From: Nageia nagi
Taxonomy: Eukaryota; Plantae; Pinophyta
Reading direction: 5' to 3'
Assembly: GCA_050084985.1 (NCBI GenBank)
Contig: JBITNC010000001.1
Span: 121,520,001-121,584,000 of the forward strand
DNA: 64,000 nt
The notes under the pieces were generated by a model that saw only the letters and a program-made list of their open reading frames with translations, was not told the DNA's origin and made no database searches. The position numbers and the translations under genes were made by a program. Numbering within the stretch: position 1 is the first letter of the stretch; the number at the start of each line of letters is the position of its first letter. Shown piece after piece: positions 1 through 13,870 of the stretch.

Positions 1-899
1 AACATCTAATAACTTATGGGCCTTTTCTTTTCATTTCGTATCCAATTTTATCTATTTTCCATTATATACAAAAGCAAAAGCTATATTACAAGATGATTTA
101 GACCCGAGGAGAGCTGGTGGACAGCACCAAAGAAACAACACAGAAAGCATTATTGGAACATTGAACTGTGGTAATCTCTGTTCCGAATCAGATGACAGAG
201 GGGATTAAGTCATAAAAGAATCAATTCTGAGCAGTCTAATAAAACAGACTCCTAAACCAATTGTAACTGTCATCTGCAGTTGTTTGGTATGTTTCATTCA
301 TATATATATACATACACACTCACTGTCAGGTAGTAAACATAACTTAAGGGACGACCATGGGTCATTCCTAGTCTCTGTAATAACTAATAGGATAGTACTA
401 GCTATTTTCTGTGAGGAGCTTGTTTTTCCTTTTGTTTTATGTAACATGTAATAGAAGACAAGTATAATACAAAATAGGTGTGTACAATGATGATGTACAT
501 GTGTATGGATGGATGATTTCATTATACAATTAGATTCCATTTATGGGTAAAGTGTGTCAAATACCTTTATGTGTATATGACATCCACAATACGGAAGGTA
601 GAGGATAATTAGAACAAGCTGGTTAGTACTTGCAATTTAAACATTACGTGACTACCTGTCTTAAGATGTAAATACACAACAGATATTCATAAATGATCAG
701 TTGCTGCTACTTGGCCCTTGTTAGGGGTAAGGTTAGAGTGGTCAACTGCGGTCTATTTTGTCTGAAAATTTGCCAAAAGTGAAGATGCACTTAGATCATG
801 AGGTTTCCACCTAGACCACGTTCCCTCACTTGGAAATCCCTTCAGAACTTTGCAAGAACTGTTCAGCAAATAAACAGCTGTTTGTACTGATCCAACCTA

Positions 900-2314
900 G
901 TACTTCTATGATACACTACATACACTTGTGATTTCTACCACAATGCGGTTTCCATGTTCCACAAACTTGTTTTGTTTTAAGATTTATAGAACAACATATT
1001 CCCTCCATAGCCCGCTATTTGCATAACTGAGAGCATCTCAACCCATTCATATGCCTACCAATCTGATTTCCTACTGAGTTGTTGAAAACAACAAAATGTG
1101 CAAAGCAATCTTACAACTTCTTAAGGAAGTAAACCCACATTTCTTAGAAAAATAATCAACAAGGAGAAAAAAGAACCTTCGTCTTGCTGCTGCTTTAAGT
1201 GCATTCATTGGACCACAAACACCTGTACACACCAAATCTAGAATCCTCTCTGTCCTTTTTTTTTCCAGACTGAAATACCTAACTATGTAACTGAGTATCC
1301 TGCATAAATACTTTGAGACTCTTGTATTGTAGGCTTGCCCATACACCATGTTTGCATTGCTCAATGTTTGCAGATACTATAGATTAAGGTGATAGTTGTC
1401 GTTTACCTGCACAGCCAAAGCCTTTGTTCCCTCTAATTCTGAGTCAACAAATCTATACAAAAACTCATTCCTTATATAGCGAGAACTATATTCTTTAATG
1501 TATCCTTCAGTTTACACATATTTGCACTAAACATTACATCCAAATTTGGATCTTCCTTGATTTCACTAACGGACAACAAATAATTATCGTATCTAAGAAC
1601 ATAAAACAAATTATTCCATCACCTAATGCAACACAATCCGAAACGAAATCTCTAGTGTGTAAGACAAAATTAAGATACAAGTCTTTCCGGTTTGTGATAT
1701 GCTTGAATGCCCTTGAGTGAAGTCTAAGAAATAGATGCAGATGTGGGTGCTTCTACTCAATAAGCCACAAAGAAAACTTCTCGCTAGATTCCTCCTTCCA
1801 TTCCACAATCTTTACTTGTTGTTGAACCCTTTTTTGAGTAAAGTTATAAAGCCACTTTCAGCATTCCTTTTTCAGGCACCCAAATCTATGATAGGAAAAA
1901 TCTTTAGAGTTTCGCTCTGTAACATCAATCTTTTGACCATCTTCCAATAGGCTGAGGTGTTTTACCTTTTCTCATGCACTTGGCTGAAAAAGAATGCTCA
2001 GCAGTTCATTGTATCTGAATAAATTCAGTGATTAACAAAAAATTCAAAGGAATATGGTGAATTGTTCAAAACAATAGCGACCATTGCGTGAATTGTTCAA
2101 ACCTTCTGAAGTTGTTCAAAGTTCAAACATTGGTCTTGCACTTATACTGCAAACAACTTGCTTTTTAGGTACGAAACTTAAATTTTCTCCAAGTTCTGCT
2201 ACTTGTCTTCATGTGTATTCCAAAGAATTGATAGAGACATAATGCTTTGAACCTCTATAGTCACCTCATCTGCTGCAAACAACTTGAGAAACATTAAAAC
2301 TTCCTGATGCTGCT
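900..2314 (-). mobile_element. Old degenerate Ty1/copia, protease-integrase part (boundaries approximate)
   Basis: ORF 1071..1364 ILDLVCTGVCGPM..FFFLLVDYFSKK is a copia integrase start (LdLvHtDvcGPM..yFl.fvDdfSr). A WLI..STHIC protease-like motif lies near 1735-1770. Confidence 0.7.
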
Positions 2315-2595
2315 TGAAAAGATTTGCAAGGAAATCAAATCAAGCCCAAGAACACAGAAAATGCGTTACACCACAAATCTGGAAGAAGCTGAATCAAAAC
2401 TGATCAATCTGAAATGAGAATGGAGCCCAAATAAATAGGGAAAATACAAGCTAGTGTACAAAAGCATGAAAACCATGCGTGAATGGTAAAATGCACAAAG
2501 TGACAAAGAAGTAGTTATCACCACAACAGACTAGCTAGAAATAAGAAGACCTAGGAAATAAATAAATACTCCTAAGTGAACTTAATACTCTAACA
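2315..2595 (-). repeat. 3' LTR of the copia
   Basis: Ungapped direct repeat of 12443-12723 with about 16 mismatches; abuts CCCCCCTTA (PPT on minus). Confidence 0.96.
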
Positions 2596-2739
2596 CCCCC
2601 CTTAAGTGAACAAGGAGGTAAAGTGGCACATCCACAGAAATTAACCCTGGCAAAAAGGCCTGATAAGGTACTCATGTACAATATGTGCAAAGAATCTGTT
2701 GACAGATGATGAAAAAAAACACATGGGGAAAAAACTATC

Positions 2740-5700
2740 TCACAGTAGAAGAAGGTGAATGGAGAGGAAGATGTCCTCATCAACACCTCCCAAGGACAAC
2801 TTCCTACACCCCAAGCAAGCCACGCAACTCAAGGAAACGAGGCGATGCACAGGATTTAGTGAAGATGTCCGTCTCTGTTGCTCTGTAGGAATGTACTCCA
2901 AGCTAAGAATGCGATCCTGAATATGTTGACGGATGAAGTGCATATAGACCTTAATGTGTTTGGTGCGTTGATGCTCAACAGGATTGCACGAAATGTGAAT
3001 CACACTTTGGTTGTCACACCAAAGAACTGTGGTCCGAAATTAGGGATAACCAAACTCCTCCAATAACTGCCGAAGCCAAAGTGTCTCCTGACTCACATAA
3101 ACAGTTGCTCTATACTCTGCCTCAGTAGATGATAGTGCAATAGCCTACTGCTTCTTGCACGACCAAGCAATGGGAGAAGTACCAAGACAAAATACATAGC
3201 TAGAAGTGAAACAACGATCATCAGAAGAACCAGCCCAATCAGAATTTGTATATCCATTCAACACTGGATCATCTCTCATGTAATGCAGATTGAAGTGGGT
3301 AGTACCCCTCACATATAGAAGAATCCTCTTAGTTGCCTGCCAATGAGACTCATGAGGGGTCTGTGCAAACCGAGAAACAAGCCCAACAGCATATGAAATA
3401 TCTAGTCGAATATGGGTGAGATATAGAAGACTCCCAACCAACTGGCGATACAAAGTAACATCACACAATGTTGAAGTGCAAGTGGGAGTCAAAGTCACCC
3501 CACTTTGAAAAGGTGTCGGAGAAGGATTGCAATCCACCATCCTAAACCGTTGAAGAATATCCAAGGCATATTTCTGCTGAGATATGGAAATACATGAATC
3601 TATCTATATCACTTGAAAACCAAGAAAGTAATGGGCAAGTCCAAGGTCTACCATCTCAAATCCCTCAAAGAGAGCCTGCTGAACTATCTGAATGTGAGAG
3701 CGGGAGGTGTTGATGAGAAGTCATCCACATACAACACCAAAATAGTGGTATCTACTCCATGTCTCTAAATATAGACTGTAGGATCAGCAGAACACCGAAT
3801 AAAATCAATGGAAAAAAGGAGAGTCCATCTTCTCGTACCATGCCCAAGGAGCTTGTTTGAGGCCATAGAGAGATTTTCTAAGCCTACAAACAAGTGAGGA
3901 ATCCTAACAAAACTAGCAGGCTGCTCCATATAGATCTCCTCATGCAAATCATCGTGTAAAAAGGCGCTCTTCACATCCATCTGAAATACTGACCATCCCT
4001 AAGCAGTAGCAAGAGCAAGTACAAGGCGAACTGAATCTACCTTGGCCACAAGGGAAAAGGTCTCAGAGTAGTCAATCCCTTCAACATGTGAGAACCCCTT
4101 AGCAACAAGACGAGCTTTATACGTGTTAATAGAACCATTAGCTGTATACTTGGTTCGGTACACCCATTTACACCGAACCAACTTCCTCCCATGGGGAAGA
4201 GAAACAAGCTCCCAAGTATTATTCTTAAACAAGGAAGAATACTCAACCACCATGGCATCATTCCACTTCGGTATACCATGAGCCTATGAAAAAGTCTGTG
4301 AATCACCTAAATGTGCCTGACCAACTAGACTGGAACCGATGGAATAGTGATGGGAAGGAGGGAGACCCTAGATGAAAGGTGTTGCATCCTCAAGTGTAGA
4401 GTGAGCCCATTGGGCATGGACTGCTAGCAGTGGAAGAAGATGCAAAATCAACAGGAGGAGTAGCAACAACTGCAGGTGGTGGTGTGGAAGGATTAATAAC
4501 TGTTGTGGGAGCAACAACCTCAAGAATATCCTCCTCGTGAAAGACCTCAAAAGATGCATCACAAGAGTCAGGTAAGACCGAGGAAGGAGATGAAGAGGGA
4601 GAATTAGAAAGGCGCTCATCAAACTGAACATGAGTGTGGAAAAAGAGATCATGGGTGTCAGGATCAATCAATTGATACGCCTTCATATCCTCACTATAGC
4701 CAACAAAGATGAGAGGCTTGCTCTTCTTATCCAAAGCCTTACGCTTGGTCTTTGGAATGAAAGCCCAAGCATGACTACCAAACACTCTGAAACGTGACAC
4801 ATCTGGCTTGGTTCCACTCCAAGCCTCTTCAGGAATCATGTGATCAAGTGTCCGATTGGGAGTGCAATTCTGGATGTAGTTCGCACAATTGACTCCCTCA
4901 ACCCAGAAAATAGGATCAAGTCTCTAGAATGCATCATACAATTGGCCATCTCCTTCAATGTTCTGTTCTTTCTTTCTGCAACTCCATTCTACTATGGTAT
5001 GTGAGGGACTGAATGCTGATGAATTATTCCATGCTTCTCAAGGAACTCTGAAAACTCTATGCTAAAGTACTCCCCCCATTGTCTGTGCGAAGCTTCTTGA
5101 TGCAACTAGAAGACTGATTCTCGACCAAAGCCTTGAAGACTTTGAAGTAAACAAAGACATCACTCTTGTACTTGAGAAAATACACCCAAGTATGTCTCAA
5201 GAAATCATCAATAAAAGTCGGTGCATACCAAGCTCCTGTGAAGGATGGGTGTGGAAAGACCATCAAGTCACTATGCACTGACTCTAAAAAAGAAAAGGCA
5301 CGATGAGCTTTACCTTTGGGAAAAGGTTCTTGATGTTGCTTACCAAGGGCACAACCAAGGAAAACACCATTAGAACAAGACACCTTAGGCAATTTAGTGA
5401 CCATATCATGAGAATGCAACAGCTGCAAATATCTATAGTTGAGGTGCCCAAACCTCTCATGCCAAAGTCTACTCACAGAATCTGCATGAGCAACCAACCC
5501 AATACCTTAATCAGTATCATCAAATCCTTCAAACTGATAGAGCCTCAAGGAATGGTCAACATCACCTCATGCAAAAAATGATTGTGGCACCAACAAACTA
5601 CGAATCTCAAAATCATCAAGTGTGAATAAAACAGTCCCCCCACCATCAGTATTACAAATCTAATACACAAAAAGAAGGTTGGTAGAGAGATTAGGAACCA

Positions 5701-6755
5701 AAAGCATATCAAGGATGCGACCACCTTCAACAAGAATGTCCCCTTTCCCCTTCACAGAAATGTGAGAGGAATCACCAACCTCAATACTAGAAGTAGAAGT
5801 AGAACAAAGAGATGGAAAAGACTCTATGGATGGAGTCATGTGATGAGAGGCACCTGAATCCATAACCCAACTCTCTGAAACAGAATGTCCCTTCCCACGA
5901 GCATTCAAAGCCTTGCCTGATACATGAGAAGTTTCAGATTTTTGCTTCTTTTTGTCATCTTGTAACTTTTTGTAACATTTTTCAATGACATGACCAAACA
6001 TACCATAATAAGAACAAGTAGGCCTTTCTTTCTCTTGATTGGATTTGGAGTCATGGGCTTTTGGAGCTGTCTGTGGTGTAGTGGACTTAGGCTTAGGCTT
6101 GGGCTTGCCTTTGCCTTTAGATGTTGTTAATGCCTTAGATGAAGATGAAGATGCCTCAAGAGTTGAAATTTTAGTCTCTTCCCTTTTAAGACATTCACAA
6201 AATTCTTCTTAAGCATTGTGAATTTATCACCCATAGCATCCATTGTAGCAAGAAATGTAGAAGCAAATACATAGAATAGGCCTTTCAATTTTGATAAAAT
6301 CAAATAAATACATTCTTCCTCTTTCTTCTTTTTACCACTACCCAACACCCAACAATTATGAGTATAACTCCTTAAATTTAGTGAAATAATCAATCATGGT
6401 GGGATAGTCATTAGGAGACAAAGCAATAAGTTGAGCATCAATTTGCATGGCCTTCATTGTGTCAACTTTACCAAACAAAGATTCCAATTTATCCCATGCT
6501 TCATGTGGTGTGGTTATACTATCAAGACGAAACCACAAGCTCTCACTAACATTTGATTTTATTAGCCCAAATGTCTCATCAATTGCCTTTGTGAATTACC
6601 AAGTTTCATAGTCTGATTTGAATGTGAATTTCTGCTCCTTAATGAGTGTGTTTAGTCATCTTTGTGCTAAAATTGTCAACATCTATGGTTTCCAAGTGTG
6701 ATAATTATGAGATGTGAAAGGTTCAATTTTAAATGGAAATTGGTGAATGCTCCAT
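2740..6755 (-). pseudogene. Copia gag-pol with stops and frameshifts
   Basis: Gag (SHNYHTWK, AWDKLESLFG), zinc knuckle (GHVIEKC), protease WVMDSGASHHM, LWHERFGHLN, integrase LRTDNGG, RT YKARLVAKGF / MDVKSAFL, RNase H NSDWAGSSDDR / HQRTKHI. Confidence 0.95.
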
Positions 6756-7598
6756 CTCAAAACACCAAACAAACCAAGCAACAAGGAAGGTGCAAAAAAT
6801 CTACACCAACACCAAGAATACCCCACCCAAATTTTATTCACTTTCAAAGGACCCCCTCCAAAAAAAAAATTGCCATCAAAGCTTACAATGCAAATAGTTT
6901 GAAAGATCTTGTCTCTAGCTTTACTATGCAAAAAAACGGCACTCCAATCGAGTCCGTTTGCCCAAGTTATGGAATTAAATACCTATGCCCCCAAAAATGA
7001 ATTAAATGGACCCAAAACTATTGAAAAATATAAAAATTATTTATCTAATTTGAAAATTAGAAAAATTTATTATTTTGATTTTTTTGAATATTATAGGGTT
7101 ATTCAAACATTAAAAAAAAAAAAACCTGCATAGCCCAAGCCCAAGTGCGTGGAGCCAAAACGCAAGGAGAAGGGTGAGCTGATCAGATCCATGTACGATG
7201 GTTGCAAGGTCAGAAAGCAGAGGCGTTTGAAGGCGCAGGCTCTGTTAGGCGGTGGTTGTGAGAGTAGATTGCGAAACACCAGAGAGCTGGGTTAAGGAAA
7301 CACACAACAAAAACGTTGCGGAGCATCACTGTTAAATGCAGAGTGATTGCACCATGTCCTTACGACACGAAATGGGGTCTCAAAATTGTGTAGGGCATAT
7401 CGAATAACAACAAAGCCACGAACACAAAGCAAAGGCAGCTGAGCAAAGGGAGACTACGTGGAGAGCTGCTGAACAATGGAAGAGAAGCCAATCGACTGTG
7501 GAGACCTGTGGATGCTACAAAGTTCAGCCAGATCAATACGCCTTTCATCGTGTCTTCAGAGGTTTTGTTTTCCAAAGACAACGCATGGTTGAAGGTTC

Positions 7599-10500
7599 TG
7601 TTGGGATGCTTTTCTTTCCCACGGAGACCCTCTAAAGATCGCGTATAGGACTTACAAGCTGCCCAACAACATAGTTGGGAATGCGTTACCAATTCCCCCA
7701 TTTGAAAAGGACTAGGTACCTCCAAGGCTCTTGTTGAAACACCTACTCAACGTTTTGACGTTGTAGGTATGCTTGCCAAGCGAGGTCTCGAGCTTGGGCA
7801 AGTGTTTCTAGTCTAGAGATAGATGAAAGGAAGTGCGGTATCCCTCTTTGGAATCAGCCTCAATGGAATGGAATGAGAGGTAGCAGTGTGTTAACCAACG
7901 TTGTTTTATTTGATGTATAGAGTTTATTCAAAACATCTATGTGTGGACTTAAGGATTGTATTTGGGTTTGAAAGCATAAATAAAACATAAAGAAAATACA
8001 GTAAAAGTGAGAGACTTCACTTTTGAAATGGAAACAAATATTTGGTCAAATACCAAACAAGTCACCACGATGAAGCATTGTCTAAAAAGTTCATCCTTTT
8101 CGGATCAGTTTAGGGATTTCATCCAATTCATCCAGCTTTGCGAACAAACAACTATATTCGAGTTGTTCCAAAGAGGAGCGGGTAGGAATGCCGATTGCAA
8201 GCAATCAAATGGAAGTGGTCGAAGAACGTGGGAAGAACAAGAGTTTGGATGTAAACCTCTAGTTTGATGTCATAAAATAGGAAACAAATTCAAAATACCT
8301 CATCTAGTGCGTGCTATGAACCAAGCAATTATCAAAGACTGATTTCAAACACTTTAAAGAATAAAGCAATGATACATTTCTTAAAACTCTCACATTTTCA
8401 AAGTAAGAACACGAAAGTGTCAAACGAGCAATGATGATCCTTAAGAAACAATTCACAACACCACAAATGGATAAAAAACTCGATCTTTGCCTTAATCACT
8501 TTGTATTAACTTATAAAAGAGTTGTGCAAGGATACATCAATTTGCTCCTCTCTTACAAAAGTTTCACTTTTTTCACAAAATGAGCTCTACTGAAAATGAG
8601 ACCCCATGCCACTTATTTATAGGCAAAATTGAATTAAATTCTCAAGTGTTGCCCTAATTTCTAGAAAAACACTAAAAATGCTAATTAAATGCTAAATTGA
8701 TATTACAATATCATTTAGTGGGAGAACAATACTCATCCACTAAAATATGTTTGAAATAAAATATTTACAAAAATTCATGTCCTCTAACACGGATTTGGAG
8801 GCGTTTTGCATCAATTTGACAAAATTTGGAGCTTCAAATCGCCATTCTAGATCTGTTCATCAATCTTTTGAGCTCCTTTCTTCAGTCTGGATTTCCCTTG
8901 ATGTGATCATTCTTGCAAATTTTGAAGGAATTCTGAGAAAAAAATTCAAAAAAGTGAATTTTTGGTCTATTTTTCGAAAAAGATGGAGCGTTCCGAAATC
9001 TAGAAATATTTTAGAAAGTGGATTTGAGCTCATGGATGGATGAAAGATGGGATTTTAAGGTTTTTGTAAAGTTTTGAGAGGATTTGGAGCCTTTTTGCAT
9101 TGGATTTGAGGGTTTTTCCTAAGTGGGCATTTTGGAGCCTCCATAAGGTATTTTTGGAGTTTTCCATTCATTCCCAATGTTGAGAAGAAAAGGCCAAAGG
9201 TGGGAAAACTTGAAAAATGTGCACCTAGGCATTTTGGGCAAGATTTTCCTCTTTTTTCAAAAATTTCAAAAGTCAAAGCGCTTGAATCCTTATTCCACAC
9301 ATGATCTCCATTTTTTTTTTTTAAATTGAGAATTTTTTTGTGTTTTTCTTCACTTTTTTGGATCCAAATCACTTTTCTTCACAATGGAAATGGGTACCCA
9401 AATCAGTCATCAAAATTGATTTCTAAAATTTTGGATCTTGAGTCACAATTTTGAAGATTTGAAGTTTTCTGTTTTTTCTGATTTTCTCCATTTTGGGAGG
9501 GCAAATCCATGATTTGAGGAGTTTTTCTTGTCCAAATCATGCACTTGGAAGACAAAAATGATGTAGAATTGAATTTTGCACCCCATGAAGCTCACAAATT
9601 CCACTTTTGACAACTTTTAAGCCTCCTTGATGCTAGGCGCAGGTTTTAGGAGTTTAGGCAAGTTTTGAAAAAAATGAAAAAAGTGAAAAAAAAAAAGTAA
9701 GTCTTGCAAAACCAGGCCTACCTTTAAGAGGGTCAAAATTTGGTTTTTGAGCAAATTTGCAAAAGGCAAAGATGCTTTCATTTGGATTTTGCACCCTACC
9801 TTTCTTTTCAATTTTGATTTTGAGATTTTTGAAAAACTTGGAAAATTTTCAAGCTCTCCCATTGGCTGATCCAAATTTTGTAATTTTGAGGGAGTATATC
9901 CACTTTTTTCAAAAAAACTTAAAACATGAATGATGTGAAAAATTGGATTTCCCATGCACCTAGGACCAAATTTTTCAATTTTTGAGCAAAAATAAGCCCT
10001 TGCAAGCTAGGCACAGGTTTTAAGAGATTTAGGCAAGTTTTGGAAAAAATGGAAAATGAGGAAAAGTCTCAAAACTACCGCCTAGGTTTTTGAGGGGCAA
10101 AATTTGATATTTTTGCAAAATTGCAAGAGGCAATGTTGCTTACAATTTGATTTGCCACCCTACCTCATTCTCCTTTTTTGATTTGGCCAATTTTGAAAAA
10201 TTTGGGAAATTTTTGAACTTCTCTCATTGGCCAATCGAATTTTGATGATTTGAGGAAGTAGATCTCATTTTTTTGGAAAACTCAAATCATCAAACTTGTG
10301 TGAAATCCCATCCTATACCCCATGTAGATCAAAAATTTCACTTTTTTGCAATTTTGGGGCATAAGAAGGGTAGGCGCACGTTTTAGAGTGTTTAGGCCAT
10401 TTTTGAAATTTAACAAAACATGGGAAACATGCCAAAACCAGCGCCTAGCTTTTTGACGGGTATTTTTTTATTTTTTTCGAAAATTCCAAAAGGAAAAGTG

Positions 10501-11879
10501 CCTAAAATTGGGTTTGGCACCCTACCTCATCCTTGGATTTTTATTTTTGCATTTTTGAAATTTTGGAAAAAATGGAGCATTCCTATTGGCTGTCCTTTTG
10601 CTCATTTTCCGTTTTTCCCACTTTTGGTGGAACAAAACTTGTCGAAATTGCGAACTTGAAAGACCAATTTGATGTAGAATCGCAATCCCCACACTCTCGA
10701 GCTCAAAAATTGCCATTTCAGATCAATTTGGGCCCTCCAAAAGGTAGGCACAGGTTTTGAAGAGAATAGGCCATTTTTCGAAATTTGACTGAGGGAAAAC
10801 TCGCAAAATGCCCCCCTAACTTTTCGGGGGTCAAAACTCGAGGTTTTTCGAAATTTCCAAGAGTATAGTGGCCTTAATTTATCAATTGGCACCACACCTC
10901 TCTCTCAGATTTTCATTTCAAGCACTTTGAAAAAACTCACTTTTCGAGCTCAACCCGAAGCTTCTCGGACACCAAAACGCTCATTTTCTGATTTTACCCC
11001 TCAAGGGTGCTCAAACTTGCTTTCCTCATTCATCCTGAGCTATATTGCACATTCCCAACCTTTCCCGTCCTTTACGGGCTCAAAACGGTGTATTTCCAAC
11101 CATGTCCAGCATTTCCCAGCTCTAAGTATGAATTTCGACCATTTTCGGCTTTTCCAGACACTTCTGAGCTTGAACGGTGAGAAAACGATCATTTCCGGCA
11201 TTTTGAGCTTGAAGTTTACATCTCTAGCCTTTTCGGACTTAAGATATGCAAAAACGCTCATTTCCAAGAATTTTGAGCTCAAACTTGCAATTTTGGTCAA
11301 TTCTAAGCTTTCCAAGCTCAAATCGTGCAAAAACGCACATTTCTACTACACTAACCACTCCCAAGCTCAAAATTGACCAAGATGCACTTTTCCGTGCTAC
11401 CGACCATTTTTTGGCTCTCCAAGCTCGAAATTGACAAAAACGTGCTTTTTGGCTGTAGATGCCCCTTTCCAAGCTCAATTTGTACAAAAACGTGCATTTT
11501 CACAATCTTAACTGTATCCATTGCTCCCAGGCTCAAACATGACGAAAAACGCACCTTTGGTCATCTTGGCACCTATGTTGCTCAATCTTGCCAAGATAGC
11601 CCCATCTTCGCTAACCCCAACTTAGAGCCAAGAAATTCGTGCTCTGTTAATAACTCGCAGATCCTGGTTCCTTGAGTGCAAAACTGACAACTGGATACTC
11701 TGATACTCTTCAGGGTCTTTGTCGCATGATCTCCTTGAATTGCTCCTTGATATCATGTTTTCACTCTTCAAACTTAACTGTCACCCAAAAGCCACTCTCA
11801 AGGCAATGCACATCATTGCCTTTGCAAAAATAAGGTCCCCAAAATGCTGCATCTTGGGATGTGTTGTGCGGGCACAACA
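7599..11879 (-). mobile_element. 4.28-kb solo LTR (large-LTR gypsy-type family) nested in the copia 5' leader
   Basis: Termini TGTTG...CAACA; perfect 5-bp TSD GGTTC (7594-7598, 11880-11884); no recognisable coding domain; CCTATAAATA on the minus strand near 8614-8623. Confidence 0.85.
9628..10800. repeat. Degenerate ~370-bp tandem repeat (three units plus the start of a fourth) in the solo LTR
   Basis: Anchor TAGGC(G/A)CA(G/C)GTTTT..GAG..TAGGC recurs near 9634, 10007, 10371 and 10745. Confidence 0.75.
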
Positions 11880-12430
11880 GGTTCAAGACTGCAAAAGAAA
11901 GAACAAACAAGAGCAGAGATCACACGCGCATCGCACAGGAAGAGATCAGACCAATCACGATGAACAGGCTGAAGCAATACGATGGGCCAAGGAGGGGTGC
12001 CATGATCTTGGAAGAAAAAATCATACTAGTTAGATCTGTTTGAGCATGATATCCTTGTAAACATGCAAGCAACCTCCAACAAAGAACAATGCCCAGATGA
12101 AGACTACACGGGGAGGAAACGACACTAGGATGTGATTAAACACTCCTAGATGTGCCAAAAATTACTTAAACCGGATCACCCAAGGTGGTGCGCAGCACCA
12201 AAAAAGAACATGCATTGAGATGGAGAGAGCCACTCAGGTCTGGGGATGTCCACACAAAGGATAGGCATCGAAGCTAAGCAAACCCCACAAGCATGAACCA
12301 CCATGACGTCTTTTGCAGATCGCACAAACACAGGCAGATCTAAATACACAAAGTGATGTTGGAGACAAAGAACCCAGCAAGAATCAGAAAAAGAGCTTCA
12401 AGAATTGAATGCTTGCAAAATTTCTGAACA

Positions 12431-12442
12431 GCTCTGAAACCA
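12431..12442 (-). promoter_or_regulatory. Primer-binding site, tRNA-iMet type (1 mismatch)
   Basis: GCTCTGAAACCA versus the canonical GCTCTGATACCA, adjacent to the LTR. Confidence 0.9.
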
Positions 12443-12723
12443 TGAAACGACTTGCAAGGAAAGCAAATCAAGCCCAAGAACACAGAAAATGCGTAACACC
12501 ACAAATTTGGAAGAAGCTGAATCAAAACTGATCAATCTGAAATGATAATGGCGCCCAAATAAATAGGGCAAATACAAGCTAGTGTACAGAAGCATGCCAA
12601 CCATACGTGAACGGTAAAATGCACAAAATGACAAAGAAGTGGTTATCACCACAACAGACTAGTTAGAAATAAGAAGACCTAGGAAATAAATAAATACTCC
12701 TAAGTGAACTTAATACTCTAACA
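12443..12723 (-). repeat. 5' LTR of the copia
   Basis: Direct repeat of 2315-2595, followed by TSD CTGCT. Confidence 0.96.
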
Positions 12724-13568
12724 CTGCTTGTGAAACTCAGCTTGTTGAGTTGAAACAGTCTGGGATCTCCACTCTTTTCTAGAGATAACACCATCTCATT
12801 CTTGGTATAGGCAGTTAAAATCTTTTTTCTATTTCAATGACATCAGCAGATTTAAGTTACGTAACTTGGTCAATTTTCAAAACTAATCTATTAGATCGGT
12901 TTCAGCAGATGTTCTTTATAGCTTCAGCCAGTACAGTAGGGTTTTATCCAATTACAAGCAGACCCTTAATTTGAGTAACAGATAAGTTTCCACAATTTAC
13001 AAACAGACTCAAGTTTCAGCTAACTCAGATAATTTATTTTTCAGAATGCAGATCTTTTTCAGAAATCTCTTTTTTCAACTTATCTTGATCTGCAAGTGTG
13101 TTGCAGGCCATTCAAATACAGACTGTCTGGCACAACACAGTAACTTTTATCTGGCCTTATGCAATTCCAGTCAAAAAAAAAGAATCTCCTACCTCTCACT
13201 GTTGGACTCAGAAATCATGGATACTGCCCAGGAATCAACACAGATGTCTACCGAAATTTGGCTAGTCTCCGATTATTTTGATGCTGTCTATCTCCCAAAA
13301 TCATTTTCCTGTCATCTCCTTACTCTTTTATTCTCCTTTCTGCTTCAAATCATGGTTCAATTTCATGCTGATGTTCCAACAACTTATTATGCTTTACTAT
13401 GTTATTATACTTTTTATCAGCAGATTTCTGATAAACATATAACTTCAAACTAATGAACATACAGGGAGATGACAGAGCCAAAGAAGGATACATATACTAT
13501 CTTGGAATTCTTAACCTGAAAGACATTTCCAAACAAAAAGAATATGCAATAACCTACTCCTGAACAAA

Positions 13569-13870
13569 ATGCTTACAGTATATGATACTTTATGCGATAT
13601 AGAGACCGGGTTCGAATATCATTTCATTTTTCACTGTCCAGTCTATTATGAGATTCAAGGCCAGTACCATTGCCTCTTTTGTGACTCCCACCGATCAATT
13701 TCTTCATTCTTCCAGTATACAAACCAGAGATGTGTGGCCCTCTACATGCGAGAGGTTTTCCTTTTTCAGAAACGCCTCCTATCCCAACACCAGAAAAATG
13801 ACCACCGCATTACATCATTCTTCCAACCTGCCTCAGAGGAGGGGTCCCATCATCATAGATTTCCATGTCA
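13569..13870 (+). mobile_element. 3' fragment of an RTE-like non-LTR retrotransposon
   Basis: HFIFHCPVYYEIQGQYHCLF matches HFIFRCSVYYEIRG in the LINE at 22264-22476 (C-terminal Cys/His motif). Confidence 0.75.

Larger units (their letters stand above)
2315..12723 (-). mobile_element. Structurally complete, coding-decayed Ty1/copia LTR retrotransposon
   Basis: Two 281-bp TG..CA LTRs, perfect 5-bp TSD CTGCT (2310-2314, 12724-12728), iMet-type PBS at 12431-12442, PPT at 2596-2604, domain order gag-PR-INT-RT-RH. Confidence 0.97.

Noticed and set aside
8747-11675. Many overlapping F/K/L-rich ORFs
   Set aside because: No domain motifs; they arise from A/T-tract repeats in the solo LTR.
11880-12430. 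Captured host gene in the GC-richer copia leader (with 7130-7598)
   Set aside because: No recognisable peptide in the frames I read; a BLAST search would be needed.
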